Source: Glaucostegus cemiculus (taxonomy: Eukaryota). From it: a DNA stretch of 64,000 nt. Positions 24,282-39,049 of the stretch are shown in pieces. The DNA lies in assembly GCA_976551045.1 (NCBI GenBank), contig CDPCPM010000114.1, forward strand, positions 3,844,001-3,908,000, read 5' to 3'. The notes under the pieces were generated by a model that worked only from the letters and a program-made list of their open reading frames with translations, did no database searches and had not been told where the DNA came from. A program made the translations under genes and the position numbers. Each line of letters opens with the position of its first letter. Positions within the stretch are counted from its first letter, which is position 1.

Positions 24282-25579
24282 CTATGAAATAATTTAGATA
24301 GATGTATTAAATGGTGAGTTATATTCATCCAATTCTGATTCCTAAATTCAGAGCGGTATGCTAAAATTAATGTATTTTTATCTTAATCATTACTGAAATG
24401 ATGAATCCTTATGATTAAAATGCTAATTTATAAAGCCCATCCTAATTAGCAGCAAACCTTTGTATTTTGCATGGACATCCAATAAAAGAAGGTTGCTTGG
24501 CTAGAGCACAATTCCTAACATGGCAAATATTTCTTTCAATTAAATTTAGCCATTTCTTTTTCTACAAAATTGATTGTGATACTATTAGAGCCAGAAAGAT
24601 ATGTGGATCAATAGGAACTGATTTTAAAGTTCCCCATGTGCAGTCTAATTACATGCCTGACTCAATTCAATAGATGATGGCAAGCCTTGTTAATGCCATT
24701 ACCATTAGCAGAAGGTTGCATTTAACCTTCTTATTGAAACTGTGATAGTAAAACCAGTAATGTTAATTGGTCAGGACATAACCACTTTTGTTTCCTTTAC
24801 ACACTACTGAAAATAACAGGTAAATCATAACTTAATTTTAGAATTCCATAAAGCAGATGTCTTTTAGTATAGTTAAACATCCACTTATTTTGTCAATGTA
24901 ATTAGACACTTATAATATAATTACCATAATGAAATCCATCTGGCCCCTGAAATGTCAGGAACATCTGACCTTCTGACCTTTGAATATTCAATAGTACCCT
25001 ATATTGCTTATTCCATGTGAATGTTAATTTCACTGTCCAGCAATGTAGTTAAGTGCAGTGAAATCACAAAGAGAACACTGGATCTCTTAGCACAATTATG
25101 GGGAAATATTCTCACTGACAGTCAGATGATATTATTGACAAATAGAGCATTGCACCTATTTTGGAATCAACAATTGATTCCCAAGGTAAGATTACACCTT
25201 TCAAGCCATCATTTATATATTTTTATATAATTACATGTTACCTGTTCTCTCATTGCAAGTAGGGTCAAAATCAGACGTGAAGTCATCAGAGAATAATTGG
25301 AGCAAGATGAGCCCATATACCTAGAGTAGCCTCTTTGCATCAGTGCTGAATTTATTAAATTATTCTGTTCTGCTTCTCTACTCACACCATTTATGCAGTG
25401 AAAAACTGCTTATAGATTAACAAATTAATTAGCATATGACAAGAAATGCAACTTGACTTGAGAAGTAAAGTTTATTTAATTTCTTCAGTTTTTGCCAAAG
25501 CCTATTTCATGTTTTTGTGCTACTTGAATTGAGAACATTTTCATATGCATAAATGGTATTAAATGACATATCTTAGAGC

Positions 25580-26130
25580 AGGATGGATCTTGATTGCGTG
25601 GCCTGGGGAGCTGAAGAGCAGATTGTTGAGAGTGCCGATCATCAATAATCTGAAAATCACAGGGATGGGATAACTTGGCAGGTTTGGAGGGATGACCAGA
25701 GTGAGACGCTGGCTATCCCTCCATGATCAAGGATGGTGGGGTGGAGTCCTGTGAAGTGGGAGTAGGTGACAGCTGGGGAGAAGTTTGGTGCGTACAGGAA
25801 TGGGAGAAGATGAGAGGAAAAACAAGGTGAAATTCAGAGAAAGGGTTATGGAGGGGATTAGGGAGAATCCTGCATTATGTCATTAGCAACACAGCAAGAA
25901 AAGGTAAAGTGTGACAAAATGCTGTAATACACAGTCAGTGGTGTGACAGCAAGCAGAGATGTTAGCAGTCAAAGAATGAAGGGGAGTTTGATCATTGGTG
26001 TATTTGGGGGCCACAACCCTTATAGATGTGAAATAACCTGTTTTGAAGAAAGCTGATGCACCCTGAAAGATTCTTCATTATCTGTCACCCTGGTAGCAGC
26101 AGCCCAAATGGGCTGAAGCCTTTAATCAAC
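25580..26130 (-). mobile_element. Old L2-like LINE fragment
   Basis: G/A-rich plus strand typical of antisense L2 ORF2. No clean motif recovered. Confidence 0.35.
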
Positions 26131-27339
26131 ATCAGCTGTGTCTGCAGAGTAAAAAATGCTCAAGTAGCATCAAGTCCATGTTTATGAAAGTGCACTTCAT
26201 ATGCACAAGGTACACTTTGGATAAGATTTTATTGTATAATACATCTAAAGTTCTCTGTCCACATATGCAATACCAGATAAGGCAAACTAATATGCAGAAA
26301 ATCTCCCACACCCATGCCCACACATAACACTCCAAATGTCATGTTTTAAAATATGTTTTGCTGTAAATAGAAAATTCTTTTCAAAATTATATCTTTATTT
26401 TCACACATAGAACGTTGTTAATAATCTTCAAACAATTAAGTCAGTCAGTGTTCTGACCTGGAACTGTAAACTTGCAAAGAACTAGAGATCCCTAATTAAC
26501 CACTTCGGATAGTATTTCTGCAGGATTCTCATGATCTTTGATCCAGAGTATATTCTGTTGGTTCAGAGGTGCTGGCCATTTTCTGCCAACTAAACAGCAG
26601 GAGATCAATACAAATCCTATCAGAATTACTGGTTCATAAGTTTACAAGCACCTACAGCTACTTTGATCTGCCTGTTAATACAGCTTCCTTGCAGGGCGTC
26701 CATAGAATCAGAGAAAAGATGAGTAAAGAAGGGAATCATTCAGCCCCTCATGCCTGAGCTGGCTTGTGAAAAGAAAAGCAGTGACTGGACCACATTCCCA
26801 CTTTTAATTCATTGCCCTGTAGACTTTTTATCAATTCCCTCTCAAAGTCATTAATTGATTTAGCTTCTACAACATTCAAAACACCAACAACTCTGAATGA
26901 AAATACACCACCAAGTTTGGAATATTGGAGTAGGAAAAAGCTATTTAGTTCTGATCTATGATCATAATACTCATCTTTGACCCTTCTCCCTTGATAAATA
27001 TGGTTAACATAAATTGATTCACCTCAGTTTTATAATTAATGAGTCCCCTTGCATCAACCTCTGCTTACAGAAGTGTGTTCCAGACTTCTACTACACTTTA
27101 TGCATACAAATGTTTACTATTATTGATACAAGATGTCATTCCAAATTTAACAAATTAATTGAATTGAAATTCTCTAGCTGCCATTGTAGGATTTGAAGTA
27201 TTGTTTTCAGACCAATCAGTCAGGCCTAAAGATGCTGCATGTGTTATCATATTTCACAGAACACTTTCTCTGAGCCCATTATATCCTTCCCACAATGTGC
27301 ATGTGCATCTCACAGTACTCCAAGTACGGTCCAACGGTT

Positions 27340-27432
27340 TTGCTGTAGGGTCTTCAATCTAAAACATCAACACTGTTTCTCTTCCCACAGATGCAGCCTG
27401 ACCTGCTGAGTATTTCCAGCATTTTCTGTTTT
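27340..27432 (+). mobile_element. Penelope-type pLTR fragment
   Basis: acagatgcagcctgacctgctgagtatttccagcattttctgtttt, the same motif as 10700-10745. Confidence 0.7.
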
Positions 27433-27787
27433 AATTAATAGTCTAACATGAACCTTCTGTAAATGTATCCATCTACTCTAGTCCCTTAATCATTAAATCC
27501 AGCATTCATTAATCCTTTTTATTTCTTTCTGTGACTTTCCATTGATTTGACTAAAGAATGCATGTAGGCTCTAAATCTTTTGCATACCGTATCTACTGTT
27601 CCCAGCCAGTTGCTAATGGAAACTAATCTCTTCCTTTTTAGTTCCCACAGTTTTGTTCAGCTGGTTCTCTTAAGTTCTGGTTAGAGTGTGCCTGCAGTTT
27701 GATGTATGTTTTATATATACAATCTCTTTGGATTGTCTGTTCAGGAGTTTGAGTAGTCCATGCTGACAACAATGATTTTCATTTTAG

Positions 27788-27868
27788 GATCTATACGATT
27801 CAGTGGTTAGTACCCGAACAAAAGTTTATGAGGAACAATTGGAAGTTATACAACCCCGCTGTACTTGG
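27788..27868 (+). other. Candidate 81-nt exon
   Basis: gctgac branch-like site, gattttcattttAG acceptor and TGG|gtgaga donor. Open as DLYDSVVSTRTKVYEEQLEVIQPRCTW, with three CpGs. Confidence 0.3.
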
Positions 27869-29619
27869 GTGAGAATGCGATCTTGTTCCATGCACCTTCC
27901 TCACTCCTTCATTCTAATCTCGACTCATTTTCTTGCAGGAGGGCCAGACTGACAATTCCAAACCTGGCCACTCATGTAAAGCATATTTTCTTTTCACCTT
28001 ATGCAACCAATACTAACCCTCTTAGCCACGTAATAAACACTGGCATGTGTCTTTGTTTAACTGTCTATTTCTGCTCAGGTTGCTATTGCAAAACAGCAAC
28101 CCAGTATTGTTTTCCCCATTTAAAATACAGACAATTATGATTGGTATTTTTTTGTACTTGACAGTATAATTTGCTTGAAATATTTTTTAAAGGCTTTATC
28201 AGCACAGGAGGCTCAATAATAATCTGGATTTTTGATCCAAACAGCATTTTAGCATTGATTTTAAATTGTTTCCTGCTTTTCAAATTAATGTTTAATTATT
28301 AAAACATTATGATGTCCTAATTAGTATTGTAAAAACACAAATCAAAATGCAAGTGGCAATTGTACTGCTCTTTCCACGGCTCCTCAGAAATCAAATAAAA
28401 TGTGATGGGACCACAATATTCAATGAATTAAATGCCAAACTGGGATCCAATGCAGTTCTGGTTAACTGATTTAATTTCGCCTCTTGAACCTACCACCAGA
28501 AACTGCCTTCTACCCCAACATCAGCCCCCATAATTTCTATCCTCATCCCTTACCCATGCTTGGTTCTGGAACACCATGGCCAATTCACAAAGTGTTGTAC
28601 TGGTTTGGCTCAGGAGACCAAACCTAGTATGTTGCTGAACTGTATTCCTGTACCACCAATGTAACATGATACACTGGACTTGAAACATTGAACAAGCATC
28701 CACACCTTTGGCTCAAAGTCTGCATGGATTTCATGGATGAGCTGGCCAAGGCATTTCCAGACTCTCTGACAAGATCATTAATGAAGGAAGAGTTGGCTGT
28801 GATTCAAACTTCCCTCCATCGCAACCCATCCTATCTCATGCAATCAGGAAAGCACTCAGAACATGATATGACCAAAGCCCCTTGCCTTCTATTGTAGCAG
28901 TTCCCTCACATCCCATGACCATTATTTGCTGATTGCCTGCAAATAGTCAAGTCAGCACCAGACTGAGTCTTCCTGCTCTAGGTCCAGTTATGTGTCAGGG
29001 GATTCCACCGTATTTCAAAATGAGTGGCATGCAGATAGTTACTGCTCTACTTGACAAGATATAGTTTTGGAGACCTACACTGATTCTACAGAAAAAAACA
29101 AGCAGCTACTGCCCAGTCCTTGTGACCTTGCAAGAGACTTTGATGCAGACTGGGAAGATGTAGCTGTTGAGCTACACTAAAGTTTCAAACTAAATGTGGC
29201 CCCATCCATACAGCAAAATTCATCCAATTTTTCCTAACCCCCTATTATAGCCAATCACAGGGCCAGTCTTTGTATCCAGGCATTGACTTCATCCCTAATG
29301 TTTGTTTTCAGCCTCTTCACTCATTTCTTTTATTTCAAGTGAGGGAGGAGTCGGTTTCAAGGGGCACTGGCCCCATTTGGGAGGATAGAGGAGCTACACT
29401 TGAAACAAGCTGGGACCAGTGTCTCAGCAAACCCAAGAATTACGTCTGCAGAGGAGAAACTACACTAAATAGTCGATGGGTAGGGTCTGGTACATTCAAA
29501 CATAAGGCTACACTTCCATCAGAGTCACAAATGGGGAAAAAAAATGATATGGAGACAAAACTGGAGGTTATTTAACTTAACATATCTTATCCTATCTTAT
29601 GGTCAACTGGGTAGATGAA

Positions 29620-31660
29620 TTAAAGGCACAATTCAAAATAAGTGAGATCCAATAGCCATTGCTGAGACATGGTGACAGTGACCAATATTTGGGGATGTTT
29701 GACTTTAAGAAGAGATAGACAAAAAGAGCAGCCTGATGATTGGGAATTTTTTTTAGTTCAGCAAAGGAAGACCAAAGCATTGATTGGAAAAGGGAAAGCA
29801 GAATATTGGAGGAGGCTGGTGACAAATGCAAAACCAGAATGCTGTATCTTCTGTAGATGTGCAAATGAGAAAAGATTAGCAAAAGTTAACAACTGAGCTA
29901 GGAGACATTACATTGGCAAATAAAGAAATAACAGGGAAGTTAAACAAATATTTTCAAGGATTGAGACATCAGAAACCTCCTGGAAATAGTGGAAGATGGC
30001 AGTGAATGAGAAGCTCAAACAATTAACATTAATGAAAAACTATTATTGAAGAAACTAATGGGACTGAAAGGTATTAATGCTGCCGGACCTGATGACCTGC
30101 ATCCTGGAGTTTTGAAGAAGGTGGCAATGAAGATGGTGGACACATAATTGCAGCCAAAATTTCACATATTCTTGCACATTTCCCTCAGATTGGTAAGTAA
30201 CAAATGTAATCTCCCTATTTCTGAAAGGAGGGAGATAGGAAACAGAGAATTATGGATCATTTAGTCAGACAAAAGTAGTAGGAGAAATTTTGCAATTTAT
30301 TATCAAGGAAGTGGTATTAGAGCAATTGCAAAATAGTAAAAGGATTGGGCAGGGCCAACATGGATTTATGAAAGAGAAATCATATTTGACAAACCTGTTG
30401 CAAACTTTAGAGGTAGTGATGACCGGGGCAGATAATGGTGAATTAGTTACTGTGGTGTATTTGGGCTTTCAAAATGCCTCCAATAGATGCTATATAAGAA
30501 ATCACTCAACAAAATTGGAGCTCATTGTATTGAAGGTAACATACTTGCATTGAATGAGGATTGGTTCATGGACAAAAAAAGTAAAATAAGAAGAATCGAG
30601 TCCTTTTTGGGTTGAGAGGCTGTGACCAGTGAAATGTTTGGGAAGGAAAATGATATGCTGGCCTTAAATCTACAAAATAAAATGGAGCTGAAGAGTCAAG
30701 ATGTCTGGCTCTACTTATATAGAGCACCTGGTGAGATTATTGTGTATGGGTCTGGTCTCTGTACCTAAAGAAAGATACACTCGTGATGGAGGATGTACTG
30801 TATAGGTGCATCAGATTGGTTTCTGGAATAGATGTGGAGTTGATGTTTCTTCTGACTGGAGTGTTCAGGACAATAGGTTGACCACTCAGGACAGAAATTA
30901 GGAAAACCATTGTCACTCAGCTCTAATGAAAGAGAAATGTAATTGTAATGAGGTAAACTTAATATTAAACTGCATTTTGGCAAAGATTAAATAGGGGGGA
31001 AGAAAAGAAAAGGAGTAAAATATTTAATTTTGTTTCAACAAATGAGAGATCATTAACACCCATGGATTCACCCAAGCAGAATAAGAGGTAACAGTACAGA
31101 TGGCTTCATGTCTCAAATTAATCCTATTTCTCTTAGGCTGCAATAACAAAGCAATTGACTTGAAGGTCTAATAACAGTAAAAAAAACACTTTCTAACAAA
31201 AGCTGTTGTTACCTAACCCCTTTGAGTTTCTAGATACTATCCTAAGCCTGTATTGTGCAGCATGTGTTCATTTCTGGATGCCACATCTTAGGAAGGATAC
31301 ATTGACCTTGCAGGGGTGAAGCACAGATTCACCAGGACTGAATGAGGACAGATTGTACAGATTTGTCTTGTAGGCCCTTGAATTTCAAAAGCAGTGACCT
31401 AATTAAGGTGTTTAAGATGATTACACATGTTGAAAGGGTGGGTTAAAAAAAACTATTTTCTCTTGTTGGAGTGGAGGCACTTTTTGTATCTTAAAATTAA
31501 AGTTCACAGGTGATATCAGGAGATACCTCTTCCCCCAAAGAGTTGTGAAAAAGTACAACTATTTCTTTAAATGGCTACTGAGGTGAGTTTAATTGGAAAT
31601 TTTATATAAGATCAGTATGTTTCTATTGCATTGTGCATCAAGAGCTATGGAACAAGGCAA
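29620..31660 (+). mobile_element. Decayed CR1 ORF2 in pieces (about 29620-30870 and 31240-31660)
   Basis: GPDDLHPGVLKKVA, QHGFMKEKSYLTNLL..VVYLGFQNA, and later YCAACVHFWMPHLRKD-like segments. Confidence 0.8.
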
Positions 31661-31984
31661 ATACTTAAATGGAGTTTAATTAATTGATCATAGGAAAACT
31701 TGAGTGTGTGCAACTGCAGTGAGTGGTTCAACAGAGCTGCAATGATTTCAGGTACTTACACAGAGCATAACTGTTTACTCAGATATTCTCTGCAGCAAAA
31801 GACTGGCTGCAGTGGGCACAGCAAAATATATTCCCACCAGGCTGTGAAGTCACTAATGACATCAGCAACTAATTAGCATAATAATAACTGCTCCCCACTG
31901 AGGCTACCCCATGTGATCATGTGACCCATGTCTGAGGAGGATGATATGATATACTATAGAAAATGAAGAACTGCATAGCTCTTT

Positions 31985-33810
31985 GTTGTACAGCACAGAA
32001 ATGGGCCCTCTGGCCTACCAGGTCCATGCTGACCTTCTTGCCCATCTCCACTATTCTGATTTACCTGCATTAGGTATCCTTTACCCACATTAGGTATTTT
32101 CATATGCCTTGCCTATTCAAGTGCCTGTCTAAATGTGTCTAGTGAGTGTAACCGACTCCACCACCCCCTCTGGCATTGCGTTCCAAATATCAACACCATC
32201 TGTGTTTTAAAAAAATCTTACCCATCAAATCCACTTTAAAACTCCTTCCTCTCCCCTTAAACCTATGCCCTCTTGTTTTTGATATCCCTACCATGGAAAA
32301 AAGATTCTGACGATCTTCCTTTCATGTGCCTCTTATAATTTTACATACCTCAATCAGGTCACCCCCTCACCTTCCTTTGTTCCAAGAAAAACAGGCCTAG
32401 CCTCTCTAAGGTGCCCCCACATAACTAATGTCCTCCAATGTATGCAACAGCCTGGTGAATCTCCACTTCACTCACTCCAGCATAACCACATCCTTCCTCC
32501 AGTCCTGCAGTATGGTAAATAGAACTGCATGCAATACTCCAACTGCAGTTTAATTAGTGTTTTGGAACGTTGCAACATAATGTCCCAACTTTTATATTCT
32601 ATGCCCAATTTATGAACGCAAGCATGCCATATGCCTTCTTCATCACCTTGTCCACCGATGTTGCTACTTTCAGGTAACATATGGACTTGGACCCCTAGGT
32701 CTCTCATCGATAGTGCCCTTCCATTTAGCTACCACTTGGGAAGCTCCCACTTCCCAAAATGCACCACCTCACACTTGTTGGAATTAAATTCCACCTGCTA
32801 ATGCTCTGTCCAGCTTTCCTTCTGATTTATATAATGCTGCAGCCTTGGACAAGCTTCCTCACTATCCACAACACCACCAATTATTGTGTCATACACAAAC
32901 TTGCTAATCATACCTCCTACGTTAGCATGCTAGCGATAATATATATTATAAACAACAAGGGTCCCAGCACTTTGCCAACACATGCTTTACTAACAATTAC
33001 ACAGATAACGTCTACTGCCTTGCCTTCATCAATCTTCTTAGCTATTTCTTCAAAAACTCAATCATATTAGGGATACAGTATTTCCTTTGTACAAAGTCAT
33101 ACTGATGATCCCTGATCAGCCCTGCCTTTCCAAATACACATAAATCTTAAGCCTCGGAATTTTCTCCAGTAATTTTTAGACCAGTGATATAAGGCTCACT
33201 GGCCTGTAGTTATTTGGCTTACCCCTGCTGCCTTTATTAAATATAGGAGCAACATTAACTATCCTCCAGTCTTCTGTATCTCACTTGTGACTTATGAAGA
33301 TAAAAACATTTCCATCAGGTCTCTGGCTATCTCTTCCCTTGTTTCACACAGAAACTTGGGATAGGTCTCACCCGGCCCTGGGGATTTACTAACCCGTATG
33401 CATTCCATGACATGTAATACCTCCGCTTCCATAATGCTGACATGCCCTAGACTTTCAACGTATCCCTCCCTGAACTCATTATCTTCTTTGTCCTTCACCT
33501 TGGTGAAAACAGATGAGAAGTATTCATTTAGGACCTCACTCACATTGACTGGGTCTATTCATACTCTTTCCCTGGCTACTTTCATGCTCCTGATATACTT
33601 ACAAAATGTCTCGCTAATCTTACTTGCCAAGGATTTTCCATGGCTCCTTTTTGTCCTCCTAAATTCTTTCTTAAATTCTGTCCTCCATCCTCTATATTCT
33701 TCAAGAGACTCACTCGATTCTTGTTGCCTTTAGCTATCATATGCTATCATATGCTACCTTTTCTTTCCTGATCAACTCTTCAATATCCTTTGTCCTTCGA
33801 GGTTCCCTAA
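31985..33810 (-). mobile_element. CR1 LINE, decayed
   Basis: MSEVLNEYFSSVFTK...KSPGPGETYP and RDLGVQVH...LEYCMQF. CR1 tail near 31990. Confidence 0.9.
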
Positions 33811-33989
33811 CACATAGCACATACATGCACATGTGCTGCTTGCACCAAATGAAATTTCCTCAGTGTTTTCCAATAACACTAACACACTTTTTCAAATGTG
33901 ATATCTGGTATGTTAATCATGGTTTGAATAGACTAGTTGACAAGACCACACACAAATCAGTCTTGGCAAGTCATAAAATATATTGCTGG

Positions 33990-34350
33990 CCGTTAAGAAA
34001 AGCAAGGGAGAAAATTGTGGAGGCTACAGTGTTTCAATCCATTCGGGCCACAGCAGAGGTACCAGAATACCCTGCTTTTGTTGTATTAATGAAAAAAAGG
34101 AAAGCAAGGAAAAGCCCAAGAATTACAGGCAATTTGAATAGACAGTATAAACTCTCAGTTGGAAAGGCACAGGTTAGTCAGGGACAATCAGCATGGATTT
34201 ATTTAGACACTATTGTGTCTGACTAACTTGTTTGAGTTGTTTGAGCAGGAAATATGGAGGGTGATGAGAGAAATCTGTGGATATAGTCTACATGTATTTT
34301 AGTAAGGCTTTTGACAAGGCAGACTGATCAAAAAAAGTGAAAATGTATGG
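33990..34350 (+). mobile_element. CR1 RT fragment
   Basis: LRKAREKIV..., ggacaatcagcatggattt (QHGF) and agtaaggcttttgacaag (SKAFDK). Confidence 0.75.
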
Positions 34351-36094
34351 GATCGACCTTCAAGAAACAACATTCCAGTCACATAAACACCAGGGAACCA
34401 TTACCCTTTGCTTACTGTCACTGAGTCAGTTTCAGATTTAATTTCCCACACTCCCTTGGATCCCATGGACTTTTTTTTGACCAGCTTGCCAAATGATAGA
34501 TTCAGTAACATGGCATATAATTAGGTTCATTTCGATCAGGAGGATGGCACTTTTTCATTCCCAAATGACTTCACATACTTCCATTACCATTGTAATAGTG
34601 TTGGCATAGAAGAACAGAATTTCAGGTGGCTACAAGTCAAACAAGCTCTGGCAACAAACAAACAGAAATTAGCACCAACAGGAAATCTTTAACAACATCA
34701 ACATGGTGCTCCATTAATCCTGTAACATTCATTTTGGACAAGTTTAAAAGAAGTGTAAATTAGTCACTGGAGGATTAGCTACTAAAGTAGTAAAGAGAAA
34801 ATAAATCTAATGCTTAAATCATTTTGAAAAAACTTTAGTTCAATCTAATGAGATCCCTGAGCTTGTTTTTCTTTAAAAGTTTATCAAAGTTTGATGTAAT
34901 TGTGAACAAAATCTGAAGGTTGTGCTCAACATCCAGTCTGTTTCTGCTTTTATTCTTCAGCTAAGTCAAGGCAGAGCATCTGTTTTTGTACAAGGATGTT
35001 GCACTGGAAAGCAAAATGACCCTGAAATCATAATAAGAAAGACCACAATATTCTCCAGATGCATTGTCCCAAAACCTGGGAAGGGTTTTTATGGTGTACA
35101 ATATATGATGTCTGTAAGCTGTGATTGCAAGATACTTTGACCAGCAAAGTCTTTTCCTCTATGGGTAGAATCACATTTTGCAGTATCATTCCAAATAGAT
35201 CATATTATCTGTTCTTTGTCCTTGAGTTGCTTCTCTAGAAAATAATTGCAGAATCTTGGTTAAATCACTTGTGATTGATGTCTTCAGTTTTTCTAGAACA
35301 ACAGAATCCTTCCAATTTTATTGTGCTTATGACATGTTATGAAATCTGCCTGAGCAGATTTTTTGGATCATTTTTGATCCAAAGGAAAATAGTTTTTTCA
35401 AAAAGTAATCTTATCAGTTTATCAATTCATTAAAGAGATTATAGCCTCTGTCTTGCAAAGACATAATGAAATCATTTAGTTGAAATATTTGCCAGAGATG
35501 TCACACAAGAAAATCATGCAACTTAATTGAATATCTTTTTGGACAAGTGCAGGATGTTTCCTCATCACTGACACAACTCCACCAGTGGTAACACTAACAC
35601 ACTTAGACCAGGTCAATCCCATTGACTCCAAGCAATTACCCAGTCAAATAAATATATCATCACCAATGTTAGAAGCAGGCAAAACTTCACAAAGAAGTAT
35701 AGTTCTTGAAATTCATCTTACTATATATATCCCAGCAAGATAGAACAGTGTGATGCATTTGTTGATTTATTTAACTATGAAGCAAAGTGGTCTCTTACTG
35801 AGAGACCAAGTGTAGTTTGATGTATTTTAAGATGCTGTACATCATTCTCTATACAGTATAATTACTACACAGAGAAGAGTGTCCAGTATCTTTAAAAGAG
35901 GAATACATATTAACTTTTTGCTGCTAATTCCAGCAAGAAGGTACTGCACGTGTTAATAGCAGAAGGTACAATTTACTCCTCTACTGATATGTGAATGTGT
36001 TAATATTTTGCAGTGCTGTGTGCAATGAGGTGGCTGCACACCTGGCCACACCCCGACCCATGCCAGCTCAAAGAACTCATGCCAGCTCAGTGTG

Positions 36095-36450
36095 CACATT
36101 TTCTTCTTGAAGGGCAAAAGTGAAAAGGAACACTGTCTTCATGGGATGAGTGTCACCCTCAAACACGAGCTGCGTTTCTCCTGGATGACTTCAATACCGG
36201 GGTCAGAAGTATGAAATTGTCTGGCAAGGTATGATTGGCAAGAAGGGAACAGGGGAAACAAACTCCATTTTGGTCTTTCTCATGACAAAATGCTCAGGGC
36301 ATTCTCTCATCTTAACCAATGCTCTGTTTTGTCAGAGAGATAAACACCAGATTTCATGTCACCTGCTAGATTATATCACCAGCCCAGCTGGAGAATGTAA
36401 GGATGCCCATATGATCCATGACCTGACAGGTATGGACCACCGTGGGACTG
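36095..36450 (+). mobile_element. RTE-clade LINE apurinic endonuclease fragment
   Basis: FFLKGKSEKEHCLHGM, LLDDFNTGV (GDFNARVG-like) and GMIGKKGTGETNS..LMTKCSGHSLILTNALFCQRDKHQISCHLLDYI. Confidence 0.75.
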
Positions 36451-39049
36451 GTTATTGTCTAATCTGGGTTTTTTTGGTCTATTTATCTGGTTCAAAAAAT
36501 TGCATCAACATAAATATTATCACAAAATTCAATGACAAAGGTCCTAAGGATGCAACAAAGATAGTTCTTTTCAAATATTGCTTCACAGACAAGGTGACAA
36601 CCCCCAACCAACAAGTGCACAGAGTGTCCATACATTTTTAAAGTTTGATCCCAAACCTTCATTGTTGCAATCCACTTTTGGGTTAAAATTCAAGGGTGGA
36701 GAAACTCTTGTTTGCTAATATCATCCTAATATAATGTGTTATTTTAAAAAAATACATTGAAGCAACTATGGACCTATTAATCTTACCAGAATTTATCAAG
36801 ATTGTGTACAATTATCCATACAATCATAACCTAGGAAACAGCAGACAAAGTAGCTTTAGATAATGAAGGCTACCTGACCAACTGTCTTAAATTCTTTGAG
36901 AGACTGTCAACATTGAATGAGAACATTATGTACAGTTTACCAAACAATGTCCCCTTTAAAGGCAGATTTGGTGCATAAAATCATGAAGGAATGTCCCTGC
37001 AGGATAAAGTGAGAAGTAACTTTTATATATTTATGTTTTTATTTTACAAAATCCACATTCCTATGTGGGGTTTACAATTATGAATCTATTGGTGATACGA
37101 CACTTTTATGAGTCATTTCAATCCTCCTCCATGATTTCTTCTGGCAGCAAGGGAAGCATTTTAGGATGAAGATCCAACCCCTAATAAAATTGAAGCTGCT
37201 GTCATCCTGCCAAATTACTTAAAAATCATAGAATTGCACAGATATTTTAATGGATGTAGTATGTTATGCATAAGTTACCCTTTTGATCTTGCATAGTCAA
37301 GTTTTTTTAATAGGTCTCCAGGCATTATGTAAATATATACCTTTTAATTAAGCAGTAGTAAATTGTATTGTGAATGCCCCCTTTGCTTGAGAAAAGAATG
37401 AAACAGCATTAATAGAATTAGAAAAAATAATATATAAAATAGATTATATTTACCGCGCTGATCAGTAACATCTTACAAGGATTTATGAGGATTTAACAAT
37501 TAAACCATTATGCAAGTGATTCCTGAAATAACTACTAAAACTGACGGGATTATAATTATCCAATCATTGAGATTATGTTGAGCGTGTTTAGTGTGACAGT
37601 ATGATAGCATTAATCTGGGAGGGCAGTCACAGCAATAATCATAATATAGGTTTATGTAAATAGGCAGACAAAATACTGTTTGTTTCAGGGCATAAATGAA
37701 ATAAGTAGTTTTATTTTGCTTTTAGGTATGTGGTAACTTCCAATTATTTCTGTTAAGATTCCTCGCAAACAGGATGCTCTGTATTGATCCCATTTATTTG
37801 ACAGAGCAATGCATTCATGTCATAAGCCTTATTTTGTCCAAAAGAAGGATGATTTTTATTTTTGTACATTTTTCTTTATGTCATCTTATAGGTTGTATTA
37901 TGGTTTAATACATAGATAATGAAACACTAGTTTAGTTTTATTTTTTACTTTGATATACCTAACTATTTTTACAGTTTTGTTTAAACATTTACAGTTAAAA
38001 CATTCACAAGTTAAGGTAATCCATTCAATACAATTTAATTTTGGCTATTTAAAATAGAAGTTCCATCAAGTGCCTAGAATCTTACATAAGTACCATAGAC
38101 TTGCATACCTATATTTATTAAAATATCACTATAAGAAATTTACATTGATTTAGAAGGGTGAGGTCATCAGGATTTCTACAGCACTTTCAGAAGGGTGGCA
38201 GGAGCAACTTTGGGAACTTCTCTGCACTTGTTAGGGATCATACTGATACTGCTGTGGTGTGGTTGGAGAAGGATTGAGAGATCACAGTCCTGCTGATTAG
38301 TCGGAACGGAAAATGGGCTTGAGGAATTCAGTCCTAGTGAAGGAACAGATGTAATGCTGGGAGGGCAGGATTTCACTAGGTACTTCACTTATGTCTGGAT
38401 GTCCAGGTCCAGTGCTCTGCAGGCAAGGCAGGTGCAAACATGTCCAGGAAAAAATCAAAGCTCCCTTAATTCTACTTGAAAAGGATAGGGCCCATCACAT
38501 CTGTATTTACTCATTTCCTGGGTCATTTCTGCTTTTCCTGTTGTTATTATGGTAAAATGCATCTGAAGGCCTGTGAGAGTTCAGGGCTTCTCAGTATTTC
38601 CTGGTTAGTCTTCCTGAATGAGAAGAAATACAGCTCTTAACAAAACATTTACCTTACAATTTTGCTTTTGACTTAAGGGAAAAATAAATCAATTTATTAT
38701 TGAATCGGGGTCATACAGATGGATGGTACATTAGCTTAAAAACTGGATTGCTTGACGTCACTTTTTAGTGTACTATGAAATCCAATTTTACTGAAAATTT
38801 AAATTCAAAATTGAGTACTTTGTACACGATTGCACGAAATAGCTGATTTCATGCATCTGATGTGCTACCAGATTGGGTAGTCTTGATATCTGGAGTGGAC
38901 ATGGCATGCACATGGAATTTTCTTCTTGTATGGCACAGACAACCCAGGCAGATATGGAACTTCAGCTTGACTGAAAGGAGAACTACTTGTGTAGGTGCCA
39001 GGCAGACATTGCTACCCCAGCTTGGGTAGACCCTCTTCATGGTAGGTAT

